The notes under the pieces: model-generated | Databases searched by the model: none | Seen by the model: the letters and a program-made list of their open reading frames with translations, nothing else | What the model was told of the DNA's origin: nothing | In this document: piece after piece, positions 1 to 9,385 of the stretch | Position numbering within the stretch: position 1 is the first letter of the stretch | Layout of the letters: every line of letters begins with the position of its first letter | Position numbers and translations under genes: made by a program | Virus record (IMG/VR): IMGVR_UViG_3300043467_001216 | Strand: one strand, 5' to 3' | Source: a virus | Taxonomy: Duplodnaviria > Heunggongvirae > Uroviricota > Caudoviricetes | Length of the DNA: 64,000 nt

Positions 1-18
1 GCTATTGAGATTGGGGCG

Positions 19-978
19 ATGACTGCCTTAGTTGCGGTAACAAATAGAATTAAAGGTGGTGTTTGGTTAATGTTTGGATTGGTTACGTTCATTCAAATGG
101 TGGGTAATATATTCTTCTCATATAAGGAAGTTGATACTGCGAGTTACTTATTTAAATCTTGGATTGAATTAACGGCACCTATTTGGGAGGCGTTAGGTTC
201 GGACTCTACTGATTTAGTTGCTATGAAACGATGGATTGCGTTTTTGGAAGGTGGTTTACTACCAATCATTTCACTAACATCATTACACTTCTTTGTTAAG
301 TTTGATGATGGTAAACCTAAGATTGAACAAGCGGTTAATGACCAAATTACCGATTCGGTAACTCAATCAATTGAAGAAGATGTTGAACCTATGATTCATC
401 CTGAAGCTATTGAAAATGGGGTTTACGAGACAAGTAAAATAGTTAATGAACATAAGGAAGATGAAGCTAAAAAAGTTTGGAATAAAGTTCGTGAATTAAG
501 AGAAGAAGGTAAATTACCTACACCTACTCAGGAAGATTTGGAAGATGAACCAACGGCATTAGCTTTCACACCATATGAAGTTGAAGAAGAATCACCAATC
601 GTTGAAACATTTGTTAGTGAAGATGAATATCTTGATTTACAAGATAGTCATTCATTAGTAAGTGAACCTGTAAGTGAACCTGTAAGTGAACCTGTAAATG
701 AGGTTGTAAATGAGGTTGTAAATGAATCTGAAACTGAGGGAATAACTGAGGGAATAACTGAGGGTGTAAATGAGGGTGTAAATGAGGGTGTAGAACCGAT
801 TATTGAAACAACTGAAACTATTAATGACGATATTCGAGAGATATTGGAAGAAATTGGTGATGAGGTTATTTCACAAGATGAAACAGAAGAACAAGTAATT
901 AATGTTGAAGAGATTATTTCACAAGACGAACCGGAAGAAAATAAAGTAAGACGTTTGAGTTATGTGAAAAAATCATAA
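19..978 (+). CDS. acidic repeat protein (SEPV x3, NEVV x2, TEGI x2, NEGV x3 peptide repeats); may begin upstream of the window
   Basis: Long ORF with a highly acidic C-terminal half. The 12-bp tandem DNA repeats at 655-800 are in frame. Confidence 0.5.
   Translation: MTALVAVTNRIKGGVWLMFGLVTFIQMVGNIFFSYKEVDTASYLFKSWIELTAPIWEALGSDSTDLVAMKRWIAFLEGGLLPIISLTSLHFFVKFDDGKPKIEQAVNDQITDSVTQSIEEDVEPMIHPEAIENGVYETSKIVNEHKEDEAKKVWNKVRELREEGKLPTPTQEDLEDEPTALAFTPYEVEEESPIVETFVSEDEYLDLQDSHSLVSEPVSEPVSEPVNEVVNEVVNESETEGITEGITEGVNEGVNEGVEPIIETTETINDDIREILEEIGDEVISQDETEEQVINVEEIISQDEPEENKVRRLSYVKKS
655..800 (+). repeat. in-frame 12-bp tandem repeats (agtgaacctgta x3, aatgaggttgta x2, actgagggaata x2, aatgagggtgta x3)
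   Basis: Direct inspection. Encodes SEPV/NEVV/TEGI/NEGV peptide repeats. Confidence 0.8.
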
Positions 979-991
979 CACATATTTATAA

Positions 992-1606
992 ATGAAAAAA
1001 TATGGGTTGATGGTAGACATTATTGAATATAAAAATTTTAAATCGTTAAGTGAGAATACTGATAAAAAACAAATCATATTAACTCACACTTCAAGGTATA
1101 TTAACGATTATCTACAATCATTAAAATATAGACATAATGGGGATTATACTAAAATCCCCAATTATGTTATTGGTCGGGATGGTAAAATTCTTCAATTATT
1201 AAACAATGAAGAATGTTCTCAAATATTTAAAAACCCTGACATAGATAATAAATCAATTGTAATTTCATTAGAAAATTTAGGGTGGGTTCAAAAAGAACCC
1301 TTAACAAACCATTACGTTAACTGGATTGGTGATATTTATAATGGAGAGGTGTTTGAGAGAAAATGGAGAGATTACTATTTTTGGCAACCATACACTGATG
1401 GACAGATTAATTCATTAGTGTCTTTGTGTAAAAAAATATTTGGTGAAACCAAGATTGAATTTCAATTCATCGGTCATAATACAAAAATAACTGATTTTCA
1501 TAAATATGAGGGGTTATTAACAAGAAGTAATTACGATGTTTCATTTACAGATGTTAGTCCAGCCTTTAATTTTGAAGATTTTATAAAAAAAATAGAAAAT
1601 GGGTAA
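992..1606 (+). CDS. putative N-acetylmuramoyl-L-alanine amidase (Amidase_2/PGRP-like)
   Basis: Loose match to the PGRP/amidase-2 pattern (ILTHTS ... NYVIGRDGKILQLL ... SIVISLENLGW). Weak, by eye only. Confidence 0.35.
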   Translation: MKKYGLMVDIIEYKNFKSLSENTDKKQIILTHTSRYINDYLQSLKYRHNGDYTKIPNYVIGRDGKILQLLNNEECSQIFKNPDIDNKSIVISLENLGWVQKEPLTNHYVNWIGDIYNGEVFERKWRDYYFWQPYTDGQINSLVSLCKKIFGETKIEFQFIGHNTKITDFHKYEGLLTRSNYDVSFTDVSPAFNFEDFIKKIENG

Positions 1607-2219
1607 TTCACACGACGAAATTAAAAGATTATTAAAAGCCTCAAGAACATTATTATCTAACGATAAATTAAATGAGGAGTATGAAGATATTAGAATCAAA
1701 TATAACATATTATCAGAACAATCAGTGGTTGGTGATAGATATAATGTTGGTCAGAGTATTGAGGATGAAATCGAAGATGACGAATATGAAACCGCAGAAA
1801 CGGAAGATGAGGAAATTGAAGATGAAGGGAGTGGTAGTGACAAGAAACAAGGTTATAGAGTTTCAGGGGGTATTTTAGTTTTACACGGTAAAGAACAAAC
1901 CGATTTAGAATTAACTACAGACGAGAAAATCACATTTCAAGAAACTATGGATGAATTTGTTACTGAAGTTTCAGATTTGGTTGATTTTAATAAACTAAAC
2001 ATTTATCCAAAAAACGTGGAGTGGTCAGGTAAAATCATTGATTTTGACATTGAATTTTATTTTAGTATTGGTGAGGAAAATGGGGTTTATATTGATAGTC
2101 AAATGGTTAAAGTTGATGAACAGTTTTTAGACTTATTAACTAAATTACAACAATACTACGAGAAATTCAAATCTAAATGGTCTAAAGTATTAGCGAGTAG
2201 AAAACGAACAACAGTATAA
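1599..2219 (+). CDS. hypothetical acidic protein
   Basis: ORF overlaps the upstream stop by 8 nt. There is a D/E-rich stretch. Confidence 0.5.
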   Translation: MGNSHDEIKRLLKASRTLLSNDKLNEEYEDIRIKYNILSEQSVVGDRYNVGQSIEDEIEDDEYETAETEDEEIEDEGSGSDKKQGYRVSGGILVLHGKEQTDLELTTDEKITFQETMDEFVTEVSDLVDFNKLNIYPKNVEWSGKIIDFDIEFYFSIGEENGVYIDSQMVKVDEQFLDLLTKLQQYYEKFKSKWSKVLASRKRTTV

Positions 2220-2238
2220 TAAATTAAATTAGAATGAT

Positions 2239-2487
2239 ATGGCTTTAAGTACAACTGACAAACGAGAAATTGAAAATATTGTTAGAAAAGAAATAAAAGA
2301 CTTCTTGGGTTCTAATACTATTAAACAATTTGAAAATAAATTATTGGATATAATTGCTAGTGAATTAAATAACCGTAGTAAAGTTAATACTAATGTTAAA
2401 GAGATTGTGGTTAAAGTTTTTAGAGAATTCTATTACTATATGTGGTCTCAAAAAAGTTCTTGGGAACCTAAATTAAGAAATGCTTAA
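2239..2487 (+). CDS. hypothetical protein
   Basis: ORF in a compact operon, overlapping the next start. Confidence 0.45.
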   Translation: MALSTTDKREIENIVRKEIKDFLGSNTIKQFENKLLDIIASELNNRSKVNTNVKEIVVKVFREFYYYMWSQKSSWEPKLRNA

Positions 2488-3121
2488 AAAAATGGAAAGT
2501 ATTGTTAAAAGATTAGTTGATGGGTTTAATAAAAATAGTTCAGGTAAATTAACAGGTATGGAAGGTGCCTTGGCGAAGAATGATTTTATGAGAGATATTA
2601 GTGAAGAAGATATGGATGAAAAATGGTCTGAAAATTTTAAGAAAAGTATCGACTGTGATAATCCAAAAGGGTTTTCTCAAAAAGCTCATTGTCAGGGTAA
2701 AAAGAAAAAAGGTGAACATCAAGAATCAACAGGTGCTGCAAGTGCCGGTGGTTATTCCGCACCATTGTTTGGTGAGTCTGACGGGGAAATCACTAAAGTT
2801 GAGGCTAATGAAGTGACAAGTAGTTCTTCTGTTGGTGCGTATGACGCTCCTGGTTTTGAAGATGTTAAGATGAGAGGTAATCATACTCGTGGTTCAGGTA
2901 GGTCTTATAAAAAGACACAAGTACCAGGTGGTTCTTTTGTACAGGTTAAATCAAAATGTAAGAAATTTCCATATTGTAATCAAGGTATTGGAGCAATTAA
3001 ACTATATGGAGGTAAAAAACTGAACGAGGCAATATCCAAAGTGAGTAATAAAATGAATATAAGTGAAGATACCGTTAGAGAAATCATTGCTTATGAATAT
3101 AGAAATTTACTTTCAAAGTAA
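2480..3121 (+). CDS. hypothetical protein
   Basis: 213-aa ORF. The internal alternate-frame ORF 2601..2816 is judged spurious. Confidence 0.5.
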   Translation: MLKKMESIVKRLVDGFNKNSSGKLTGMEGALAKNDFMRDISEEDMDEKWSENFKKSIDCDNPKGFSQKAHCQGKKKKGEHQESTGAASAGGYSAPLFGESDGEITKVEANEVTSSSSVGAYDAPGFEDVKMRGNHTRGSGRSYKKTQVPGGSFVQVKSKCKKFPYCNQGIGAIKLYGGKKLNEAISKVSNKMNISEDTVREIIAYEYRNLLSK

Positions 3122-3161
3122 TTTAAAATAAAAACTAAATATTTATATAAAAAAATATAAA

Positions 3162-4898
3162 ATGAAAAGAGAAAATAGTTTAATATCAAAATTAGTTGAT
3201 AAAGTATTAAATGAAACAATCGAAGAAAGAGCCAATTCTTTAGTTTCAAGATTAAAACATAAAGAAATGAAAGAAACTCATACAGGTTCAAAAATCAAAG
3301 GTATTATCAATAGTATGAAAGGTGAGGTTAACGAACTTGGAGGTATGGATGATGGTCATCCAAAATTAGGTGGTAAAAGATTTAAAAAAGATATGTCAGA
3401 TGACGAAATTGATGATATCCTTAGTCAATTAAGAATGGGTGATGATGATGATTTTGAAGATGGTGTTGATGAAATGCCACCATTTAAAAGAGGACGTGAT
3501 TATGAGGATGATGATTTTGACAATGAACTTGATGAAAATTACGATAGTGAAGAATTACAAAGTCATTTTGATGATAAGGAATATGATGACTTTGATTTTG
3601 AATCGAGTAAAGGTAGACTTAGACCTAATTTAAGAGATTTAGAAGGTGGAACAACGCACGGACGTGAATTTATGAAAGATTTTAAAGATAGAAGTGATTT
3701 TGCTAAGAAATTAAGACGTGGGTTTAGAGGTGAAGAAAACGAGGAACAACTATACGAAATCGAAATGGAACCTCAAGGTGAAGTATGTGAGTGTGGTGGT
3801 GATATGTATGAGGGTGTTTGTAATGAGTGTGGTACATCTTTAGGAATGATGGAAGAATCTGAAGATATTGAAATGAAAGAAACAAATGCTGAAGGATGTA
3901 AGACTGTTAAAGAAGTTGTTAAATCACAAAACGGTGAAGTTACTGAATTAGACCAAGAATTAATGGAAAGATATAATTGTGGTTCTTTAAAAGAATCTTT
4001 AATCCGTAGAGGTCTTATGAAAGAATCTTTAAAAGGTAATCAGAAAAAAATTGACAAAAACAAAAATAATAAAATTGATGCTGAAGATTTTGCGTTATTA
4101 AGAAAAGGTAAAAAAACTGAGACTAAAGAATCATTAAAAGGTGGACAGAAAAAACTTGATAAAAACAAGAATAATAAGATTGACTCTGAAGATTTTGAGA
4201 TGTTAAGAAATGGTAAAAAATCTAAAGATAAAGAAACTGTTACAGTAACTGAAAGTGAGTTGATTTCATTAATTGAAGAAATGGTTAATGAGGAGTTTGA
4301 AACTATTGGTACTAAACCAAGAGGTTTATCTGAATATGAACGAGCTCATAAAAAATCAGGAAGTGAAAACAAAGAGTATTTCAAGTCATTGAAGAAAAAA
4401 ATGGATGATTATCTAAAAGATGGTTCTAAAGGTGATTATGAAGAAAACCCAAAACATTTTCCAAAAGGTAATGGTGAGTTAGAAAAAATGAAAGCTAAAA
4501 AATATACTATGTCTAAAGATGGTGATGAGTTCATTGATGATTTTATGAGACCTGGTATGGAAAATTTAGATTACGATGAAATTCACCCTGACGAAAAATG
4601 GATGGAGGATAATATTGAAGGTTCATCAAGAACAGGAAATAATCCTAAATGGGGTAATGCTGAAGAAACTGAATTAGGTAAAAAACTTAATAAAAAACGT
4701 AAAGACAATAAATTTGCTAAAGCAACTAGACAAGCTTATAATAAATCTGCTCAACCTGTTATATCAGATAAAACGGGTGAAGATAGTGGTAAAGGTCTTA
4801 ATATTAAATTAGAATCTACTGATAAGAAAGAAAAAGTTTTAAATGAAGAATTCATCAAGATTAAAAACTTGATGAGTTACAATAGAAAAACTCAATAA
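3162..4898 (+). CDS. hypothetical protein with tandem EF-hand-like loops (DKNKNNKIDxEDF x2) and a CxxC-x9-CxxC zinc ribbon
   Basis: A 42-aa direct repeat KESLKGxQKKxDKNKNNKIDxEDFxxLRxGKK occurs twice, with a partial third copy. CECGGDMYEGVCNECG forms a zinc ribbon. Very acidic N-terminus. Confidence 0.55.
   Translation: MKRENSLISKLVDKVLNETIEERANSLVSRLKHKEMKETHTGSKIKGIINSMKGEVNELGGMDDGHPKLGGKRFKKDMSDDEIDDILSQLRMGDDDDFEDGVDEMPPFKRGRDYEDDDFDNELDENYDSEELQSHFDDKEYDDFDFESSKGRLRPNLRDLEGGTTHGREFMKDFKDRSDFAKKLRRGFRGEENEEQLYEIEMEPQGEVCECGGDMYEGVCNECGTSLGMMEESEDIEMKETNAEGCKTVKEVVKSQNGEVTELDQELMERYNCGSLKESLIRRGLMKESLKGNQKKIDKNKNNKIDAEDFALLRKGKKTETKESLKGGQKKLDKNKNNKIDSEDFEMLRNGKKSKDKETVTVTESELISLIEEMVNEEFETIGTKPRGLSEYERAHKKSGSENKEYFKSLKKKMDDYLKDGSKGDYEENPKHFPKGNGELEKMKAKKYTMSKDGDEFIDDFMRPGMENLDYDEIHPDEKWMEDNIEGSSRTGNNPKWGNAEETELGKKLNKKRKDNKFAKATRQAYNKSAQPVISDKTGEDSGKGLNIKLESTDKKEKVLNEEFIKIKNLMSYNRKTQ
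3990..4225 (+). repeat. in-frame ~117-bp tandem duplication, with a partial third copy, encoding EF-hand-like units
   Basis: aaagaatctttaaaaggtaatcagaaaaaaattgacaaaaacaaaaataataaaattgatgctgaagattttg is repeated with ~85% identity. Confidence 0.75.
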
Positions 4899-4945
4899 TT
4901 TACTTTACAAAATAACTAATTATTATTTCTCCATAGACTAACTCT

Positions 4946-5410
4946 ATGGAGAATTTTTTTAACTATATAACAAAACCTGTGAGACCTGAAGATGTTGATG
5001 TGTGGTTTAGAAGTAATAACATTATTCCTGAAAAATTGGAATTATTTTATGATTTTACCTATTCACTTAATAAGACAATTGTTGATACGTATTTAGGTAG
5101 TACAACAGGTAATGAAACTAAAATAGTTATGACAACTGATGACATTGAAAATCATTTTAAATGGTGTTGGAATAGAACAGTTGAAAACTTCAAGAAAGAA
5201 AGTATCACATTCAATATTACAGGTGAACATTATGAATATTATAATTCATTTTTCTTAGATACTTTTTATAATCAAAAGAATGATGAGATAAGAAACTCAA
5301 TTGACGGTTTCTTTGATGATTTATTTGATACTCAAAAACCATTTACTAAATCCGATTTAGATATGATATCATCTATCTACAAAGTATTGGAAAAAAATAT
5401 TAGTAAGTAA
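4946..5410 (+). CDS. hypothetical protein
   Basis: ORF. Confidence 0.5.
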   Translation: MENFFNYITKPVRPEDVDVWFRSNNIIPEKLELFYDFTYSLNKTIVDTYLGSTTGNETKIVMTTDDIENHFKWCWNRTVENFKKESITFNITGEHYEYYNSFFLDTFYNQKNDEIRNSIDGFFDDLFDTQKPFTKSDLDMISSIYKVLEKNISK

Positions 5411-5488
5411 AAAAATCCCCCTACTATTTACATTAACGACTATAAAATTAAATTATAGTATAATAATAAAATTAAACAATTTAATTAA

Positions 5489-5668
5489 ATGGAAACATTA
5501 GAACAAATCAAAACTTTGACTGAGGAATTGTCAGTTGACGCAACTAAGTTCTTTAAAGGTAATAACAGTGCGGGAACAAGAGCGAGACAATCGGCTCAAA
5601 AATTAAAGAATTTATTACAATCTTTAAGAGAAGAGATTTTAACGGAAAGAAAAAAAGAGGAGAAGTAA
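5489..5668 (+). CDS. histone H1-like Hc1-family small DNA-binding protein (59 aa, below the ORF-track cutoff)
   Basis: METLEQIKTLTEELSVDATKFFKGNNSAGTRARQSAQKLKNLLQSLREEIL resembles the chlamydial Hc1 N-terminal domain (..KAEKGNKAAAQRVRTESIKLEK..). Lys/Arg-rich. Confidence 0.45.
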   Translation: METLEQIKTLTEELSVDATKFFKGNNSAGTRARQSAQKLKNLLQSLREEILTERKKEEK

Positions 5669-5828
5669 TGAACGACTTTAATACAATATATCTTTTTGTA
5701 TTTATCTTTTCAATGTTAACTGTGTTAAGAACAGTTTTCAGGTTTATAGTTTCCCTTCTACAAGAATCACCACAAAAATTGGTTCTTAGTAGTAGGGAAC
5801 TAATATTCCTTGCCATTTCAATATCATA

Positions 5829-6308
5829 TTGTTTAACGTATATAATAAAATTTTAATTATGAGTTTATTTACTGAATTTTCTACATTGTTTCCTTATCTA
5901 CAATCTGTTAGAAAATTAAAAAATTATTTAAGTTTTGATGTACATTTTCCAACTAGTTGGAAAATACCTAAGAAGTTTGTTAATGAACAAAAAGTTGTGG
6001 AACAAGAATCTAAATTAGATGGCCATAGATTAATTTCTTTTGTGTCGGAAATTAGTGAAACGTCTGTTGCTGATACGACATCTGATATTCAAAATATTAT
6101 TAAATATAATTTAGATAGGGAAGAAAAAGATAAGTTATTTCAAACTAAGGTTAACGAATTAAAGACTATCTTTGAAAAACAAAATTTAAACAAATTAAAG
6201 AATTTAGTATTTGATTATAAATCTGAAAGAATAACGTTAGATGACGATGATGACACCGAAGAATCCGTTGACGAAGGAAGAGAGATTGTTGGAGAGGGAC
6301 AGGATTAA
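5829..6308 (+). CDS. hypothetical protein (acidic C-terminus)
   Basis: ORF. The upstream overlapping ORFs 5553..5816(-) and 5668..5856(+) are uncertain. Confidence 0.4.
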   Translation: MFNVYNKILIMSLFTEFSTLFPYLQSVRKLKNYLSFDVHFPTSWKIPKKFVNEQKVVEQESKLDGHRLISFVSEISETSVADTTSDIQNIIKYNLDREEKDKLFQTKVNELKTIFEKQNLNKLKNLVFDYKSERITLDDDDDTEESVDEGREIVGEGQD

Positions 6309-6410
6309 AATGTTTAATGAATTGGAACGTCAAAAGTTACAATTCATTAATAATATTAAACAACAAACTAAAGAGGGTATTTTACCTAAAAAACCTGAAA
6401 AGAAATCGTT

Positions 6411-6677
6411 ATGGAAGAGAATTATAAAAGTGTTGATGGGATAATTGAGAAACTAGCGTTGATTAGTGATGCTGTTGACTCGTTATTTCCTGATGGTAGA
6501 AGTGCGGTTGTGTTTCAATTGAAGACTGAGGAGTTTAAGAAAGTACAAAGTAATTTTAGAGAAATTGATAGGGAACACAAACAATTTAAAATTGATATCT
6601 CTGGTGTTGAATTTATTTTTTTTGAGGAAACGTCGTTGACTGACGAAATAAATACTGTTTCGGATAACCAAGATTAA
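6411..6677 (+). CDS. hypothetical protein
   Basis: ORF. The same-frame ORF 6310..6444 may be a separate tiny gene or part of a split gene. Confidence 0.35.
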   Translation: MEENYKSVDGIIEKLALISDAVDSLFPDGRSAVVFQLKTEEFKKVQSNFREIDREHKQFKIDISGVEFIFFEETSLTDEINTVSDNQD

Positions 6678-7251
6678 CTAACATATCGTAAAGATATTTT
6701 CGTTGTGGGGTGGATGAATCTTTAATAAAGATACAATCCATCCTTTTTTCATTTATATACTTTTGAGATAAGTTATCTATGAAACGTGACGAATCAATTT
6801 CATTCTTAAATGTGAAAAGATTTGTGTTCTCATTTAGTTGAACGATTACCTTATTATTTAGTTTTGAAACCATTTTTAATCCGTCACCCCTTAAATACTT
6901 TTTAATTAATTCCTCACAATTGATTTTCTTTTTAGTGGAATAATCGACAAACTCTTCGTTTATTTTGTAATTGTTTATTTGTAACATACAGTAATCATCG
7001 TCTTCTACGGTAACCTTACTTTGTCTACCAAATTCATCTTTAATGTATATTGTGTTATTTTTTGATTTAGGTCCTAACAACCCTAATTCAAAGGTACTAT
7101 GATACCCGTTTTCGTGTTGTCTGTCAAAAATAACCTCATCACTAATAGATAATAGATTATTATAATACTTTTGAGCCCTATCAATTGTTTTAAATTTCTT
7201 GATAATTTTCTTTTTTAATCTATTTTTGAATAACACTATTATATAGTCCAT
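6613..7251 (-). CDS. hypothetical protein
   Basis: 212-aa ORF on the - strand, convergent with upstream genes. Confidence 0.5.
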   Translation of the reverse strand: MDYIIVLFKNRLKKKIIKKFKTIDRAQKYYNNLLSISDEVIFDRQHENGYHSTFELGLLGPKSKNNTIYIKDEFGRQSKVTVEDDDYCMLQINNYKINEEFVDYSTKKKINCEELIKKYLRGDGLKMVSKLNNKVIVQLNENTNLFTFKNEIDSSRFIDNLSQKYINEKRMDCIFIKDSSTPQRKYLYDMLVNLGYPKQYLFRQSTTFPQKK

Positions 7252-7284
7252 ACATAATAAATAATTTTATAAATAAATAAGTAA

Positions 7285-8208
7285 ATGCAAACAAATTATT
7301 ACGACGTACTTGGAGTTAAAGAAAACTCAGACCAAGACACGATTAAAAAAGCTTATAGGTCTTTGGCGAAAAAACATCATCCAGATAAAGGTGGTAATGA
7401 TGAGATGTTTAAGAAAGTTTCTGAAGCTTATGATGTTTTAGGGGATGAAAATAAACGAAGACAATATGATACCCAAAAACAAAACCCATTTCATAATGCA
7501 AGAGGTGGTGGGAATGGATTTAATCCATTTGATGAAATGTTCAATATGTTTAATGGTGGTCGACAAAGACAGAGAACTGTTCCTGATAAAATAATTGATA
7601 TTTTAATAACACCTGTAGAATCCTATAATGCGGTTGATAAACATATTAAATATCAAAGAAAACATATGTGTGTTGATTGTCACGGTAATGGGGGTGATAG
7701 ACAACACTGTGGACATTGTAATGGTACTGGTGTGATAACACAACGAATTGGTACGGGAATGTTTATTCAAATGGTTCAATCGCATTGTAATGTTTGTAAT
7801 GGTGTTGGTTATACATATACTAGAGTTTGTGGGACTTGTAAAGGTTCTTGTACTACTGAAAAAATGGACAGTATTAGTGTTAAATTACCTCACGGAATTG
7901 ATGACGGTCAATTTTTGAAAGTTCAAGGGAGAGGTGATTTTAGTAATGGTATTTATGGTAATTTAATTATTAGAATTAAAGTTAAAAATGATAGTAATTT
8001 TGAGAAATTTGGGGATGATTTAATTTATAATAAATTTTTGAACTTAGATGAATTAAAAGTGGATTCGTTTGTAGTCCCACATCCTTCAGGTGACTTATCA
8101 ATAAAAATACCACCAGTATTTGATTCATCAATACCTTTAAGAGTTAAATCTAAAGGTTATAATAATGGTGAGTTGTATATTAAATTATATGTAAAGTTCA
8201 CACGTTAA
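7285..8208 (+). CDS. DnaJ-like chaperone (J domain plus four CxxCxGxG zinc-finger repeats)
   Basis: N-terminal J domain YYDVLGV...HPDK with the HPD motif. Four repeats: [35 protein letters not shown]. Confidence 0.85.
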   Translation: MQTNYYDVLGVKENSDQDTIKKAYRSLAKKHHPDKGGNDEMFKKVSEAYDVLGDENKRRQYDTQKQNPFHNARGGGNGFNPFDEMFNMFNGGRQRQRTVPDKIIDILITPVESYNAVDKHIKYQRKHMCVDCHGNGGDRQHCGHCNGTGVITQRIGTGMFIQMVQSHCNVCNGVGYTYTRVCGTCKGSCTTEKMDSISVKLPHGIDDGQFLKVQGRGDFSNGIYGNLIIRIKVKNDSNFEKFGDDLIYNKFLNLDELKVDSFVVPHPSGDLSIKIPPVFDSSIPLRVKSKGYNNGELYIKLYVKFTR

Positions 8209-8433
8209 TTAACGTGTGAACAATGATGCGATATCTTTAACAATTTGAACTAAACCGTAAAATCCAAGAAATAATATTGCAACACCAATGGCAACTAATT
8301 TAAGGTTACCTGATGATAAAGCTTTATTTTTGCAACTTTTACATTCCTTTTTATTTTTATTAGGTTCTGTGTAGTTAGGGACTTCAACTAAGGTTGAAAA
8401 AATTTCTTCTTGATTTGTTTCTTGATTTTCCAT
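8209..8433 (-). CDS. small membrane protein
   Basis: C-terminal hydrophobic helix. Convergent with the dnaJ-like gene. Confidence 0.4.
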   Translation of the reverse strand: MENQETNQEEIFSTLVEVPNYTEPNKNKKECKSCKNKALSSGNLKLVAIGVAILFLGFYGLVQIVKDIASLFTR

Positions 8434-8504
8434 ATATTTTAGTATTATTAAATAATAATAATTAGTATTTTTCTAATTTTAAATAATTAAACAAAAAATA
8501 AAAT

Positions 8505-9344
8505 ATGTTATCTTATATTGGTGGTAAAAGTAAAATTGGTAAATGGATAGTTCCATTCATACCTAAAGACATTGAAACGTATGTCGAACCATTTAGTGGT
8601 ATGTATTGGGTTTTCTTCAATATGGATTTGAAAGAGTATCCTAACCTAAAGAAAGTTGTTTACAACGACTTTAACCCACTAAATTATAACCTATTCAAGT
8701 GTGTTCAGAACCCCCAAGAGTTGTTGAAGGCAATCAATTCAATTGAGTGTCAACAATTCGGAGTTGAGGTAACACCACCACACTTAAAAGAACAATTTAT
8801 CAGCTTTCAGGCTGAAATTTTTAAGGAAGGTTTCAGCGTAGAACCTGGTGATTATGTGGTCGCGGCTAAGTATGTGTATGTGTTGACTCAGGTGTTCTCA
8901 GGTTCAAAACCTGAAACCTCATCATATATTGACTTGAAAGGTAAATACAAATCAAAGTATCTAACATTTAGAGATAAGTTAAGTAAACCTGATTGGGTAG
9001 AACATTTCTTAAAGATAACTCACGTTGAGAATATGGACTTTGCTGATGTAATAACTAAGTATGATGGTGAGAAAAGTTATTTCTATACTGACCCGCCATA
9101 TTGGAAGACTGAGAATTACTATTCAAATCACGACTTCGATAGAAACGACCACGAGAGATTGGCAAATACACTAAAAGGTATTCAAGGTAAGTTCTCATTA
9201 TCTTATTATGATTTTGAAATATTATCTGAGTGGTTTCCAAAAAATGAGTATATTTGGGAGAGTAAACTATTCGCCAAAGCGGCAGCAGCTAAAAAAGGTA
9301 AAACACAAACTATGGGTGAAGAGTTATTAATTATGAATTATTAA
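8505..9344 (+). CDS. dam: DNA adenine methyltransferase, Dam/D12 class
   Basis: N-terminal YIGGK motif and the DPPY catalytic motif (YTDPPYW). Confidence 0.8.
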   Translation: MLSYIGGKSKIGKWIVPFIPKDIETYVEPFSGMYWVFFNMDLKEYPNLKKVVYNDFNPLNYNLFKCVQNPQELLKAINSIECQQFGVEVTPPHLKEQFISFQAEIFKEGFSVEPGDYVVAAKYVYVLTQVFSGSKPETSSYIDLKGKYKSKYLTFRDKLSKPDWVEHFLKITHVENMDFADVITKYDGEKSYFYTDPPYWKTENYYSNHDFDRNDHERLANTLKGIQGKFSLSYYDFEILSEWFPKNEYIWESKLFAKAAAAKKGKTQTMGEELLIMNY

Positions 9345-9385
9345 TTATTTTTGAATTTAGTAATATTTATAGATAAAAATAAAGT

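Noticed and set aside
655-800. Short tandem repeats of 12 bp that could superficially resemble a CRISPR-like array
   Set aside because: The repeats are perfectly in frame inside a long ORF. There are no spacer-sized unique segments and no cas genes. They are coding peptide repeats.
1672-1878. 68-aa ORF in an alternate frame within the 1599..2219 gene, and similar nested ORFs (2601..2816, 3091..3291-, 3439..3633, 7603..7785-, 9055..9240-, 10132..10491-, 11382..11576-, 12514..12714, 12917..13147-)
   Set aside because: They are nested in longer ORFs of the dominant strand. Their composition is Met/Leu/Ile-rich, typical of AT-rich off-frame reads.
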